A DNA stretch of 64,000 nucleotides from Styela clava (lineage: Eukaryota). The stretch covers positions 16,058,001 through 16,122,000 of the forward strand of contig NC_135255.1 in NCBI RefSeq assembly GCF_964204865.1. Direction: 5' to 3'. Under the pieces are notes generated by a model. It was not told the DNA's origin and searched no databases. It saw only the letters and a list, made by a program, of their open reading frames with translations. Shown here one piece after another: positions 14,401-26,585 of this stretch (position 1 is the first letter of the stretch; each line of letters starts with the position of its first letter). The position numbers and the translations under genes were made by a program.

Positions 14401-17400
14401 TGTCTCTTGACTAATATGTATAATTCTATATTAATCACCAATACTGAGTTGTTAATATTTCCAGATATTCTGATATGTCTTGTTACACTGAATGTTCGAA
14501 CGTTTGGACCAGAAAAACTTTCTGAAATTCGACTCGCTCGCAGAATAACACCCGGTCAGCAACAGGCTCAGCAACCGCCACCACCTACATACCAAGCACC
14601 GGTTCAACATCATTCCCATATGCAGAGACAAATGCAGTTACAGCAAAAACTAGGTAAAACAGCCTGTTTTTTTATGATTCAGTGATGCTGTAGCAAGAAT
14701 ATAGATGACTATTCTATCTGATTCAAGAGTCTTGCTGCACGCTAATACAGAATATGTTTCTGTGAAGTCGTACATTACGGAAATACATTTGTGTTAGTGT
14801 GCAGCAAAACTTTCGAATCACTTGGAATAGTCACCTTTTTCTTGCCGCAGATTCCTTGCATCATACGATGCATTTACACTTGTGCAAAGGCACAAAGCAA
14901 GGAAAATTGTTAGTCTCCCATAACCACAACTGATACTTGTGTACTAGTTAATGTAGTTATAGATATCAAGATTCAGTATAATTCAGTTTTTCTCATTTTG
15001 GTTGGTACAATGGGCTGTCAATGTACACCAGTCGTTTTTTCAACTGGGTGCCACAAGTTTCTATTCTATAAGTTTATATCTATTATTAAACTTGCTGCAC
15101 TTTAAAAATATCGTTCTGTTTTGCCAGTATTAGGTTTGCTTTTATACATATTTCTAGTTGATACAATTCTGACAGAAAAGACAATTAAACATGTCTTCGT
15201 GTATTAAATGAAGTTTGATTTGGAAATGGAAAAAAGCTAAAATAAAAATTTGGTTTTCTATATTTTAGTATTGAATATTTATTGCATGCTTTTTTCATCA
15301 CGCTTTGCTCAATTCAACTCAAATTAATAATTTTTTAATTCCTAAAATCCAGAAATTTAAATTTAAAAGATTCGAAAATTCGTTTTGGATGTCCCAGGCT
15401 GTACCAGAAGACTAATAAGTGTAATTTCACAAAGTTTCATAAAGTAATTCCCACTTACAATATTTGCAGGTTCTGTTCATCAAGCGCAACCATTCTTCGC
15501 CACAGCTGCTCCGACTAATCCCGTCACAAGTCCTATTCCATCAACAGCGCAGTCAAGGCCCCCATTACCCCCACCAAAACCTGTCATTCCACAACCAAAA
15601 CCCCAACCCAAAGTTGACCCAACACCGCCATCTATCCCACCTACACTAATCTCAAATCCAGTACAATCACCCCCTGTGCAACAAACCCTTGTTCAACAGC
15701 CCCCACCTGAGATCAAAACCCCACCACCAGCCCCACAAGTGGTTGTTCCAAAATCATCACCACCTGGGGTTGGCCCCACGTATACACACTCTGAAGCTGG
15801 CACTGTTCCCCCAGTGTTTCACTACATGCCTGCTCCACCTACAGAAATAACACAGGATAACTCACCGGAGTCTTTTACAAAGTTATGGTGAGTTTGGAAA
15901 TCCAGTTTGGCTTTTGTTGGTCCTTTACTTTTGATGCTTTTTACTTATCGATCTTGATCGGTAAGTATGTTCATAGGTAATTGTTTGTTTGTTTGTACTT
16001 TCGTATGTTACGAGATATCTCACGAAAGCGAGATTGAACCTGCTCCAAATTATGCATGTGCATTCATCATATCTCGGATCAGGAGCCTATTGATTTTGAT
16101 AGAATTATGTTGTATAATTAGCGAGTTATTTATTAATTAGTGATGGGACACACAGTGTTGCTATTGAATCAGAGCGAAGGAATGGGCGGTCGGCGGTCTC
16201 CGATTGCTGTCTAGTTTATACAATTATTTAGATACCATTGAATAAGTTTAATCAGTTACAATTGAAAAAGCTTATTAACAGTCTCTCAATTTTTAACCCA
16301 AACATATTCTTTGGTTCAATCATGCTTACTTGGTTAATCTCTTTTTTTTTGCCAGTGGTGAAGTGTGTATTTTATTGGCCTCAACTTCAGTTTACTACCA
16401 TGGTCTATTTTCGGATTTCGGATACTGGCCCACTTTTCTATTTTTTCGATAACCTGCCAAGCCATGAATTAATGCAAAAAATATAACTATATACTAACAT
16501 CAGTGATAAAATTGATATTGAAACCGGCTTTAATTCAATCAATTCAAGATTCAAGACAGTCTTCTTTTGTACGATAACAAAATAATTTTTTACCCATTCA
16601 TTAGAAAGGGTTCACCATCTCTGGTATCATTTTCTACTATCATTTCTACTGAATACAAGTTGAAGACATGATAAAAAGGAAGCACAAAATTGTTTTTCAG
16701 GATCTGGGCAACATATGAGTTTGAATCCGAAAGTTACATTCCTCGTGTTGATGTTTATTGTGAATATCTCGCTTCATCGAATAGATACGGAAGACAAGGA
16801 AAGACTGAAGTTCTGTCAGCAACCGATTTTGGAAAATGCTTGAAGGAGATTTTTCCGCAAGCATCTTCAAGGTTGGTAGACCGATATTCTCGTTTTATTA
16901 TTGTTATAGTTACAAACGAAAAATTGCTACAGCCAAGCTTTTATGCTATGATTCTTGCCACATATTCAATTATTTTTAAGCAAGACTTTAACCCTTTCCA
17001 TGCGATTTTTATTTTTTATTAAATAATCGTATTTGCTACTACCGAGAAAACTAATGATCCTCTGCTACCCACTGGTTGCATTTTATTTAAAGAGCTTGCA
17101 ACTGGCGATTAAAAAAAAAAGTTTTTTTAAAAGTGGTGGTCTGAGTCACAAACCGGATAGATAAAAGGCATTTTTTTCTTCTTGGGAGTTGAAACTTCAA
17201 ACCGTGATAAAAAATAGAAATATTCGCTAAATCCTTTACTGTTACCGCTTCGTGGTTGGCAAACAATAGCATAATGTTGCTGTAGCAATTTCGTGATCTA
17301 ACTCAAAATACTTTAGTAGATGGAAGGGATAATATGTCTTCTATCACCACCCTAAAAACACCGAAATTTGCATAAATTTCAAAAACACCCCCTCGTTCCG

Positions 17401-20400
17401 CCGCATATAAAGTTCATGTCGTAAACGAAAGCGAGATTTACCGATGCTTATGTTAATCTCGAAGAAGACTTCTTATCAATAAACTAAAACCCGGTAAAAC
17501 TAGACCAACAGTTTGCGACCGATTGCTAAATAGAACAATGGGTAACTTAAAGTACCTGCCGCGATCTAGCGAGTTTTGTCGTTGGTACGTATACGTGCCC
17601 ACCGCACGGTAAGGGTTAATATCATGAAAATACCTTATAAAATTTACTACAAAATTTTATGTTTTTATTTAAATAAGAGGATTTTCAGATTACGCAACTA
17701 CGGATATCGGCCCGCATGTTGAAAACACTGTTTCAAGTGTAACTGAAATTCTGTATGTTTTTGCTAGAAATTCTTTTCTTCATTTTCCAGGTTATTCAAC
17801 CAAGGAAGGGGTCAACCACAATATCATATAGCTGGAATAAAGAAACGTGCAACACCATTGCCTGTTCCCGGGTATCAATTGAAAGATCCTTCGTCTGTTT
17901 TTTCATCCGAATACGAGAAAATACCAACAACAAAGTATGTTTTGTTTATCATTTTCATCTACAACAGGGGAGCGCATTTTTTAGTGCAGGAGGACCAAAT
18001 ACAAATACCTTAGTGGAACTGCAAGCTGCATCTTTATTTAACATAGAATTTCTAGTAGTTACAGGCACAAAAAGTTTGGTTATTGATCTTAGGACATACG
18101 TTGTTCGTATCACACAAGTTAGCTGTTAGGGCATCGAAATATCATATGCATAGATAATAAATATGACTCATTTGGTGGGCATTCAAAATTGACACTTCTT
18201 CGCGGGTGCATAATATTTCCTTGCTGGTTGCACACCCCCGAACTACAACATCCAAAAGTATTCAGTTGGAACTGATTTTGATGGAGATGCCCAATTTTGT
18301 GAATCATATACAGAATTTTTGATATTCTAGTAAAATTTGTCATTGTTCTAACACAGCTGATGATGATGCTAACACAGATTAAATTGATGCTCAAATGTGT
18401 GGAACGTCATTGTTGTAGGGTGGTTCGCATTATAACTGACCAGTTACGCTTTCCTTTACCTTTAATCCATGCTAAATCCACCCATCCACCTAAAACAAAT
18501 AACGGGTTAACTCATCTCACACCCGACGTGAATTGGTAACCGAACGAGCGGCTGTGGCTTGTCATATTGATTTAGACATTAAGCAGCCTTATCAGGTTTT
18601 CTTGAATAATAGACGATCGTATCTTTTTCTAGGGCACAACCACCGATCATAGTATCAGCGAACAACCAAACTATTGCATCATCACCGTCTCCAGCTGCCA
18701 AGCCTCCTTCAATGCCAATACCTGGAATAACTACTGCAGTACCTATTCAACAGTTACAGTTCCAACCTATATTTATTATGTCAACAATACCTGGAAGCAA
18801 TGGTGTGACGCTTTTACCTGGTCAAACGCTTGGCTTATCTGGCCAAACTGTGGCAGCAACTGGTCAAGTTGTGACACCAGTGATTCAGGCTGTGGCACTT
18901 ACTGGCCAGGTTATGGCATCTGGTGGTCAAGTTCTGGTCCAAGGTGCCCAAAATATATCAGTAGTAGGCCAAAATGTTGTTACAACTGAGCAAACGCTGA
19001 CACCAACTGATCAGATTGTGGCACCGTCCGGTCAAAATGTGGCACCTAGTGACCAAGTCGCAGTGTCCAATGGTCAAAATAACAATTTGAATGATGGTCA
19101 TAATGTGACCGATGCAAATTCAAATTCTGTCAATGACGGTGTGTTATCTACCCAATCTGCGGAATCCATGAGTCAAAATGATGCCACGTCTGTTAGTGAG
19201 ATACTGGCAGGAACTGTACAATCTGTGGCATCCACGGAATTAAATGTGACTTCTGAAACTCCAGTGCCATGTCAGAATGAGCCTCCTGCACCAACTATAA
19301 ACAAAACCCAACCTATAAAAACAGAAATTGTGCCACCAACATCTCAACTTGATGGCATGACACCAATGCCACAAAAACCTTCCAACATTACCACAACTGA
19401 TTCTTCAAATACACAAAGTTCACAAGTCTCTGACTGTTCCCAAACAAACTCGAAACTTTTACCGAATGAAACTGAATACGGTAAAGATACCATTTTGAAT
19501 GAAAATTCTACATCAGACTTGACCAAAACGGTCTCCCCTATTCCACATACTAATTCAGTAAATAATCATGATAGTTCAAAATTGGGTGGATGTCATCAAG
19601 ATGCTCATCTGAACAATGATAAAGAAGAAAAATCATCGAATAATGGTCCAGCGTCTTCTCTTCCTGTGTTGAATGGCTTTCCTGAGCCAATGGATACCAG
19701 GTATGGTATGGTAGTATTGTATTTACAAAATTGAAATTAGTTTTGACAGGTTTTTATTTTTTTTTTTTAATAAAAGTCTATTAAACAGAATAACTTTGTG
19801 ATAGCATAACTGCAATAAGTATTTCAGTAATCTCAATAGGCTTTTATCTCTGAGAATAACATTCTTTTTAATAATTCGTATCATGAATGGATCCATCGCA
19901 TGAATGGATAAGTTCCCATCAGGGATGGATTGTATTATAAAATTTTTTGAATTTTCAGAGCTAGGTATTTCAGACTTTACATGGTGATGATATATCTGAA
20001 TTATTAGGTTGACTGGGAGATCCTAACAGTCTGTTAAAGAATGCTTTCATAAGTCAAAAGGTTTATTATCAAAAAAAAATTTTGTTTAGGATTTTAGAGC
20101 GGATTCAACTCTTTGAGTCGTAGGTTGGATTTTTTTAAACTTGTGGTCATTTGTCTATTTTCCCCAACTTCATAGTCATAATCTACACCAGTGGTTCCCA
20201 AACTTTTTATGTTCCTCCTAAATCGAAAAGCTCACTTACCCGTTTCATAATCATACAGTAGTCGTATCGTTATCACGTTTTCTTTGACCAAAAATGCAGA
20301 TAATAACACCTATTGCATTTTTCGATCCGACTTTGAGATGTTAAACTTGCACTAGCTCAGCATTTTAGTTTACAATCTGTACGACAAAGTATTGGTATTA

Positions 20401-23400
20401 TGCCCTTATGAATCATTTGACTAGGTGACAAGGCTCACTGACTAGATTGAGCATTGAATGTACAGCTTTTCCGCAGAATAGTTAAAAGTACAGAATTAAA
20501 AAAATAAACTGTTAAACGGTGAATGTCTGGATTAACCCTTAAAAATTGCCAAATCACCCCTTTGAGGATAATTACCCCCAGTATGGGAACCACTAGTCTA
20601 CGCTCATTAGGTGCCTTACTGTACACACACACAGAATTTTTGAATAGTCCATTTTGTCATAACTTTATCAGGTTCGGCATAGTATGTGATCATAGTACTG
20701 TGAAAATAATTTGTTTTTGAATTTTCAGTGGGACACATGAAAATGTGGTCACATCTCAAGAGATGAATACAAATGAGACATCTATGGAGGTAGACAATGC
20801 AAACGAGAACATTTCAAAGCAACTCAAATCACAAAAAAAATCAAAAGAATTGTCATCAGAGACTGTACATATGGTTAATGGATATGATGAGAATTCTCAA
20901 CTCATGAACGGTGAAACACCGATTCTGAACGGTAGTTCAATAAAACAAGAAAATGACAAACTCTTTGAAAAATGTGGAAATAGCTTAAACTGTGATACTA
21001 ACAACACTAAACCTGCTACAAATGAGGGTTCAAAAGTGGACACTGAGGAATCAATATTAGGGAACACTGTTGTCAACTCAACAAATGCAATCTCAGTTTC
21101 AGCGAGTTTGTCACATCCTGACAATACTATAACAGAATCCAGTACGCCAAAGCATTTTATGAGTGAACAAAATTGTACTTCAATAAACACTGAGGCTGTG
21201 GCTAGTATCTTTAAGATGGATTCAGCGCCACGGCCAACCGGTGACATTTCTGTGACACCGTCTATTATGCCTTCCGTTTCCACAACCCCATCAACAGAAA
21301 CTCTTACTTTGGGGTCAAATGCCATGACCCCGTCAACCCCCACAAACCCAATACCTCACAGTACTCTCAATCAACGATTAAAAGACACAATAACTCGTAG
21401 GAAAAATTCACAAACGACAACTTCTCCAGCGATTCAATCAGCCCCGGTAAACTCCAACACGACTCCAGCTCCATCAGTCGTAAAGCAGTATTCATACAAA
21501 GGCATTCAATCAAATCGTGAATCTGTGTCGAACCTTGCTCAACACATCATTCCAATCACACCTGAACAATTACATCAACAATATCAGCAACACAGAATAC
21601 CGACTGCTCCTAGTACTGTTGCTGCAATATATCAAGGGACGTCTCAATCACAAGTAAGGATTTTTTTCATTCTTCACATTACACTAAAAGACGTCGGTAT
21701 TCGAACATATTGCCTTCTACCACATAGGTTCTCAAAGTGCGCCATACGTAGCGCTGGGGCATTAGAGAAACCTAGGGGCTCCACGAGCTATTCGTTTACT
21801 AATTAAAATACTGACTCGGCTAATTTTGTAACTTTCTAAATAAGCAGTAACGTCATTAATAAAATAGGACAACGGTAAATAGGGTAACAATGTATTTTTT
21901 TTATAAATTTTTGTAGGACTCCGTAAATAATAGAAGACCTTTTGCGGGTGCTTCAAAATGCAAAAAGTTCTAGAACTCCCGGACTCCCGTATGTAGTTGC
22001 ATAATTTCGTATACTGTCTGTGAATGTCCGAAAGCATTTTCTTATACTGAATTTAAAATAACCAAATATATTCTAGGAATTGAGATAGTTGAAATTACTG
22101 TATTTTATGATAGCATCCACTCCTTTTTGAAATGAAGTCTTTGATATTCTCCTTTTTGAAGTCTTCAATATGAAATTTCTTAAAAAATTTCAAGATACCC
22201 TTCACATTCCCCATTTTTATGGACAAATAGAAGAATATAGAACGGTATAATACTGTATTCTGTGGTATTGTATCCAATCTTTTTTTCATGTATTTCATTC
22301 ATTTTGGTGAGAATTACTTAATGAATTCTAGGTCGGAATCAAACGTCCGCATCCTCAAGCAACAGTGAGTCTGGGTGCTGGACCACCAGCGAAGATTCTG
22401 TGTTCCAACACACAACCCCCTCCTGTGTATGTTCCTACCCCCCAACAGACCCACCTACCCCAACAACAAAGACAATTTCATTCTTCCCAAGTTGGTACAC
22501 CCAGGCCCCTAGGGGCTGTTTATCGGCCTCCTGTGCCCCAGCAACAACACACTGGGGTGAGGCCAAATACCCCGGTGCCGAATTCTCAACAACCCCAGGG
22601 AGCACAACAAAAGCCTAAACCACCTACGATTGATTTAATGGCACCGAATGCATCATTACTTGTTTTATATCGAAATGTCGGCAAGATTCCTTTTGCTAAT
22701 CATTTGGTAAGCTTATTTGTTTTCTATATTTCTAGTTCCCTTTTTTTTCTAAGCGGGGATGACTGTAGCATACTATTCCAATTACATTGTGAAATAATAT
22801 TTTTAAATATATAATGTATTGAATATATATTCTGAATTGGGTCACAGTTAACAGAAAAAGTTTGGCACGAGCATGATGATTGATTTTTATAATGTTGCAG
22901 AATCTTTCTGAATGAAAATATTTATATTTTTCCTAAAATCAAAATTTTACTAAATTGAATAGAACTAATTTTGAGTGTATTGGATTTGGATTTGTTTTAT
23001 ATACAAATTGACCTAAACACAAAATTGGTTATTTCAGCATTTTTGGTACAATGTCACAAATTATACCATCCTGTTTGGAATTAAAAACCTAAATCTCTGA
23101 ATACATACAACAGTTACTTTCAATTAATTTCTTTGTTGTCATTTTTGGTACTAATCTAATTTTCTATTGGCAGGATGAAAAAGAAGACGCTATCAGCAAA
23201 AGTGTGCGATTAACTGCTACTCTTATATTAACAAATATTGCAAGATATTCTGATCTCGGAAGAGCGTAAGTTGATTTTTACTTTTATACAGAACGCTGTG
23301 AGCGATGCACTACCCATTAAGTGTAATGGAAACCTCATATATTAAAATATCATGTTATGATTTATATTCATATTTGGTTACAGTTTAATACAGAAACATG

Positions 23401-23483
23401 AAGATCACTTGGCAAATGTTGCAATGAGTCAAATGGACTGTTCTCCAATCGTAGCAAGACTTCTCAGTGAAATTGACCTTTGA
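5471..23483 (+). CDS. ARID2: AT-rich interaction domain protein 2 (PBAF subunit BAF200), complete, 19 coding exons, 1650 aa
   Basis: Exons 5471-5562, 5828-5921, 6851-6948, 7696-7802, 9273-9491, 10435-10728, 11190-11290, 12028-12186, 12978-13074, 13512-13721, 14465-14653, 15470-15887, 16701-16871, 17791-17934, 18633-19700, 20729-21653, 22332-22706, 23174-23265, 23384-23483 total 4953 nt, all GT-AG and in frame. Contains the ARID domain (AFLNELSQF...IDLHDLY...YLEDYERVHFFG), ARM region (SLESCLPNEIDFAVNACTLLS; EGQRVLQIA..NLSFE), RFX-type winged helix (WIWATYE...YCEYL...GIKKRATPLP) and C-terminus DEKEDAISKSVRLTATLILTNIARYS...KHEDHLANVAMS. Confidence 0.96.
8068..8153. repeat. Half copy of the palindromic repeat at 14688-14850
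   Basis: CTGTAGCAA...AGATGACTATTCTATCTGATTC.AGAG...GCTGCAC...ACA.A..TGT.TTTCTGT is shared with the left arm of 14688-14850. Confidence 0.6.
8803..9002 (+). mobile_element. MITE of the GGTAC/GGCGC-ended family (Merlin-like), ARID2 intron 4
   Basis: Colinear with copies at 13768, 41424 and 47029 (ATACCCCCTG.CCATAGGTTTCAGTCCCTT...GTTACCTCCATATTGGTACACACACTTCTGG.GCGCC). The TSD is not clear for this copy. Confidence 0.75.
10105..10409 (+). mobile_element. Helentron-associated non-autonomous element (HINE/DINE-1-like)
   Basis: Subterminal inverted repeats ACTTATCGATC (10110-10120) and GATCGATAAGT (10372-10382), a GTCT/GTTT microsatellite, a 3' hairpin TCGGTC-TCT-GACCGA (10385-10399) and TT termini. 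Related copy at 15939-16216. Confidence 0.75.
13768..13937 (+). mobile_element. Merlin-like MITE family copy, 3'-truncated (ARID2 intron 10)
   Basis: GTACTC..TAGTGTATGTACCAGGTTAGGGCTAGGCTATAATTTTATTC...GATGTAAAGTAGGCGA aligns with the 8803 and 47029 copies. Confidence 0.75.
14688..14850. repeat. 163-bp imperfect palindrome (foldback MITE) in ARID2 intron 11
   Basis: Left arm CTGTAGCAAGAA..GATGACTATTC..TGATTCAAGAG..TTGCTGCAC.CTAA.ACA is the approximate reverse complement of right arm TGTGTTAGTGTGCAGCAA..TTCGAATCA..GAATAGTCACC..TTCTTGCCGCAG. Confidence 0.75.
15939..16216 (+). mobile_element. Second HINE/Helitron-like copy (ARID2 intron 12)
   Basis: Same 5' end (TTACTTATCGATCTT..GGTAAGTATGTT), GTTT repeats and core (GATATCTCACGAAAGCGAG.TTGAA.CTGCTCCAAATT) as 10105-10409. 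The 3' end differs: hairpin GCGGTC-TCC-GATTGC followed by CTAGTTT. Confidence 0.75.
16992..17615 (-). mobile_element. Non-autonomous piggyBac-type element (624 bp), ARID2 intron 13
   Basis: TTAA on both sides (16988-16991, 17616-17619). Termini CCCTTTCCATGCG ... CGCACGGTAAGGG. Reverse-orientation relative of 31520-32194. Confidence 0.9.
17965..18240. mobile_element. hAT-type MITE, degenerate
   Basis: Termini CAGGGGAGCGCA ... TGCACACCCCCG. 8-bp flanks ATCTACAA / AACTACAA (7/8). Confidence 0.65.
18395..18600 (+). repeat. SINE-like dispersed repeat fragment
   Basis: The reverse complement of about 18500-18600 aligns with about 48880-48975 (GATAAG.C..C.TAAT..ATAT..C.A.CCAC.GCC.CTCGT.CGGTT..CA.GTCGGGT.TG.GAT.AGTTA.CC.GTTA). 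The class assignment is inference. Confidence 0.45.
20189..20595. mobile_element. hAT (Charlie-like) MITE, ARID2 intron 15
   Basis: TIRs CAGTGGTTCCCAAACT / AGTATGGGAACCACTA. 8-bp flanks ATCTACAC / GTCTACGC (6/8). Confidence 0.75.
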
Positions 23484-24965
23484 TCTTGGTAACCGCTGCA
23501 TGGATTCCAAACACCGTTGCCATGGAGCAAATAGAAGAGGGAATCAAGGATATTATGCCCAAACTTCTCAAGTGTTATTGCTTGTTAAAGTCTGATTTTA
23601 GTGAAATCAGTATAAGATAGAAGTAACTGTATTGTCAAAATATGATAAGGACAAAATAGAGGGCACTGCTCAAGATCGAGTCTAACAAACCCTTTTTCAT
23701 CTATTTTTTACCTATTTATAATTGGCTGCTAAAAGCAGAGAATCGTATTGTCATATTACTAAGTTGATACTTCCCTGACTCAAATTTTTGTTGCGAAGTT
23801 TATTCCAACTCTCCGCTGAAGCATTGTCACTTTGATGCTACTGCTGTAACTTACGAAACTTAAGTATGTAGTATCAGAGTACTCGTATTATGTTTAATCT
23901 TTTTCACTGCCTTAGACTTTTTACACAAAATTCTGATTCGCTGTAGTCATTTACTCTGGGTTTCCCAAAATTGATTTCAGAACATGTTCATTCGTAATAC
24001 ATTTTTTTGTTTGTGGAGCTTGAGAACTGATGGTTATACAGCTGAATTACGCAATACTTTGTTTCGATGTTATTAATTCACTTGGGAAAATATCCATTCA
24101 ATCGGTGGTTGAGTCAAACACACCCATGTTTCAGAAAAATAAGGGAGATTTCTCAAAAGTGGTTGTCAACAGTATAATACCCAACTTTTTTTCATCTTTA
24201 ACATAAGAGCCCTCATTTGCCCTATATTATATATTTATCTAAATGGGAGCACAGTTTTACGCAGTGATAGGTTTGTATCTCAAATAACATACTGCTAATG
24301 GATGATTAGGTCAGAAGCATTAGTTTCAAATTATCCAGAAATCCAACTTATTCTATTACAAGGCCAATCATTGTCTTAGAAATATGGGAAGATGGCTATT
24401 TATTCAAACAAAATAGCATCGATATTTATCATTTTATTGTACTCTCATTGAAACTAAATCAACCCAGTTTGAAATAATGATAACTTTCTAAGATGGATTC
24501 ATTATCTTTTCCGAGGGTACAGTAGAGTTCATATTTCCAATTTGTGTCATTTGCTGAAGAGGTTTTGTAAAGCAACTCATTTGGCGTTTACTATTTATAT
24601 CTCGCTCAATGTTCAATTTTTTTGACAAACATTTTTATTGTTTGTGAAGACACCAATGCCGGAGGTGTAGATATTTTCTGTTAAAACATTTACTTTTTCA
24701 AGTTTAGTATGAAATTTTTCTATTTGTTACGTTTTCTTTTCTATGGTACTTTGATTGGAGGTCGTGTTTGTGGTGTACGCTTGCTTATTAGTACCACCCC
24801 TTGTATGAACACACATTTTTGAATAAGAAGTAATATTAATAATAACAATTTCAATAGTCTTTATCTTCGTAGAAAGAGATCTATTTCACGGAAAGTCATT
24901 TTAACACAAGTTCGCAACATTCAGAAAGTGTTTTGAGGAGATGTTTCCAAAATTATGGTCTAATG

Positions 24966-25848
24966 CAGTGATCGGCAATCACCGTCCGCGGCCCATCGCC
25001 GGTCCGCGGAAAGATTAGGAAAGATTACACAAAAACGGACCACGTCCTAAAAACACTTCTACAATCTAACAAAAACGAATCCCCGCGATTAAATTTCAAA
25101 TGATAAAGAATTGAAAGGCGTATTTGCGATATATATCTTGGCAGTTTTTTGGTCGATATTCAGACATTGCAATAGAAGCTTCACAGACAGTGTTACTGTT
25201 TCATGCCAGGTCGGGTTTTCGATATTCACAATAACAGCTGAAAAAACGAAATAGGGTGGACGTAAGAAACGCGTTACGTGTATCACTTTCGACCATATCT
25301 TCAAATTGGGAACTGACTACATGGGAATCCCACAGCTGTACATTTCTGTTTTATACTGCAATACTGTTCAACTATAAATCGAACTTCGCGAAAAATAAAT
25401 GGAATTAAATATAGAAATCAGCGGTAAATCGCGGTACTTGGCATACGACGTGACTACAGGATCTGGAATGAGTTCTCACTACTACGTCATCAGAGGCCGC
25501 GTCCGAACTTGAGTCGATTTTTGCTGAGGCGGTTTTTAAAAATTCGAATCTCGAAAATTAAGTCGATTTTATGTAAACGGAAAGCGTCAAAAATTCTAAA
25601 AAAATCTATAGAATAAAATTCAACCGGAAAATTTTTCCGTGATAACCCACCTTTAATGCCAGCAAACAAATACAGATCTCGCATTAAATAGCGTCACCAG
25701 TACCCCTGTTTTTGGAGATATTTTCAACATAAGTTTTCTAACGCGCATAATTTACTACATAATCTTAGCTCGTTTGTATAAAGGTGGTCCGCCAAAATTT
25801 TGTTCAGGCTTTACCGGTCCGTCACTTAAAAAAGGTTGCCGACCACTG
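24966..25848. mobile_element. hAT (Charlie-like) non-autonomous element, 883 bp
   Basis: TIRs CAGTGATCGGCAA / TTGCCGACCACTG, subterminal CCGGTCCG motifs, and perfect 8-bp TSD GTCTAATG (24958-24965, 25849-25856). Confidence 0.9.
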
Positions 25849-26206
25849 GTCTAATGGAAATTTTGCGACCTCAAGCATTTTTCAGTTGCAGAAAATTTTT
25901 GGCTAACCTAAGAGAAACTTGCCAAGAGTCGGTCAGTAAATTCGTTGCAAACTGGTGGCTAAATTTCAGAGGGGGAAAAGTATCTGAACAACTACAAATC
26001 TCAGTTTTTTTTTCGATGGTCTGAAGACAGAAAATTGATATAGTGCCAAATTTCGATATGTGGCTAATTAATTAATGAAGACTCTGACCATTTATTATTG
26101 AAATCGCTGGCCAACAAATAAATGCAGGTCGTCAAATACATTGATGTCGAGGATCGCTTTTATGATTTGTAAGCGTGTAGGCGTCAGCTCTGAGCTGGGA
26201 TACCAC

Positions 26207-26585
26207 TAGGGCTGGGCATTTTCGAACACCTTGTGATTTCAGAATCGAATAATTTTTTCGAATCGAATCTCGAATACTTGGTAATATATAATTGTAAGCG
26301 ACTATTTTTTATAGTAACAAATGAATTACTGAAAACATAGAATACATCACTCAGATAGATTACTGAGCGTTCACACACAATAAAAACACGTTTTATCAAT
26401 AACTCACTACAGAGAATAGTCATATGTTAGAATTGCGTTGAAAAAAAAATATGACTTCACTGAACAAAAAATGAGGAATTCACCTAGATCATTGGCGGAA
26501 AAAAAAAATCAGATGGCGGCGATTCGAAATTTAGCTTTGAACAGATTCGAATAATTTACTATTCGATTCGAAATGCCCAGCCCTA
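26207..26585. mobile_element. hAT (Ac-like) MITE, 379 bp
   Basis: TIRs TAGGGCTGGGCATTT / AAATGCCCAGCCCTA, subterminal TTCGAA/CGAAT repeats, and perfect TSD GATACCAC (26199-26206, 26586-26593). Confidence 0.92.

Noticed and set aside
20897-21343. 148-aa minus-strand ORF (also 19344-19526, 27620-27802, 29321-29611, 39805-40230, 46465-46809, 47935-48162)
   Set aside because: Antisense shadows of real coding exons.
22252-22331. YCILWYC...H string in ARID2 intron 16 as a possible zinc-finger exon
   Set aside because: Preceded by an in-frame TAA, wrong Cys-His spacing and no second His; it is the AT-rich 3' end of the intron.
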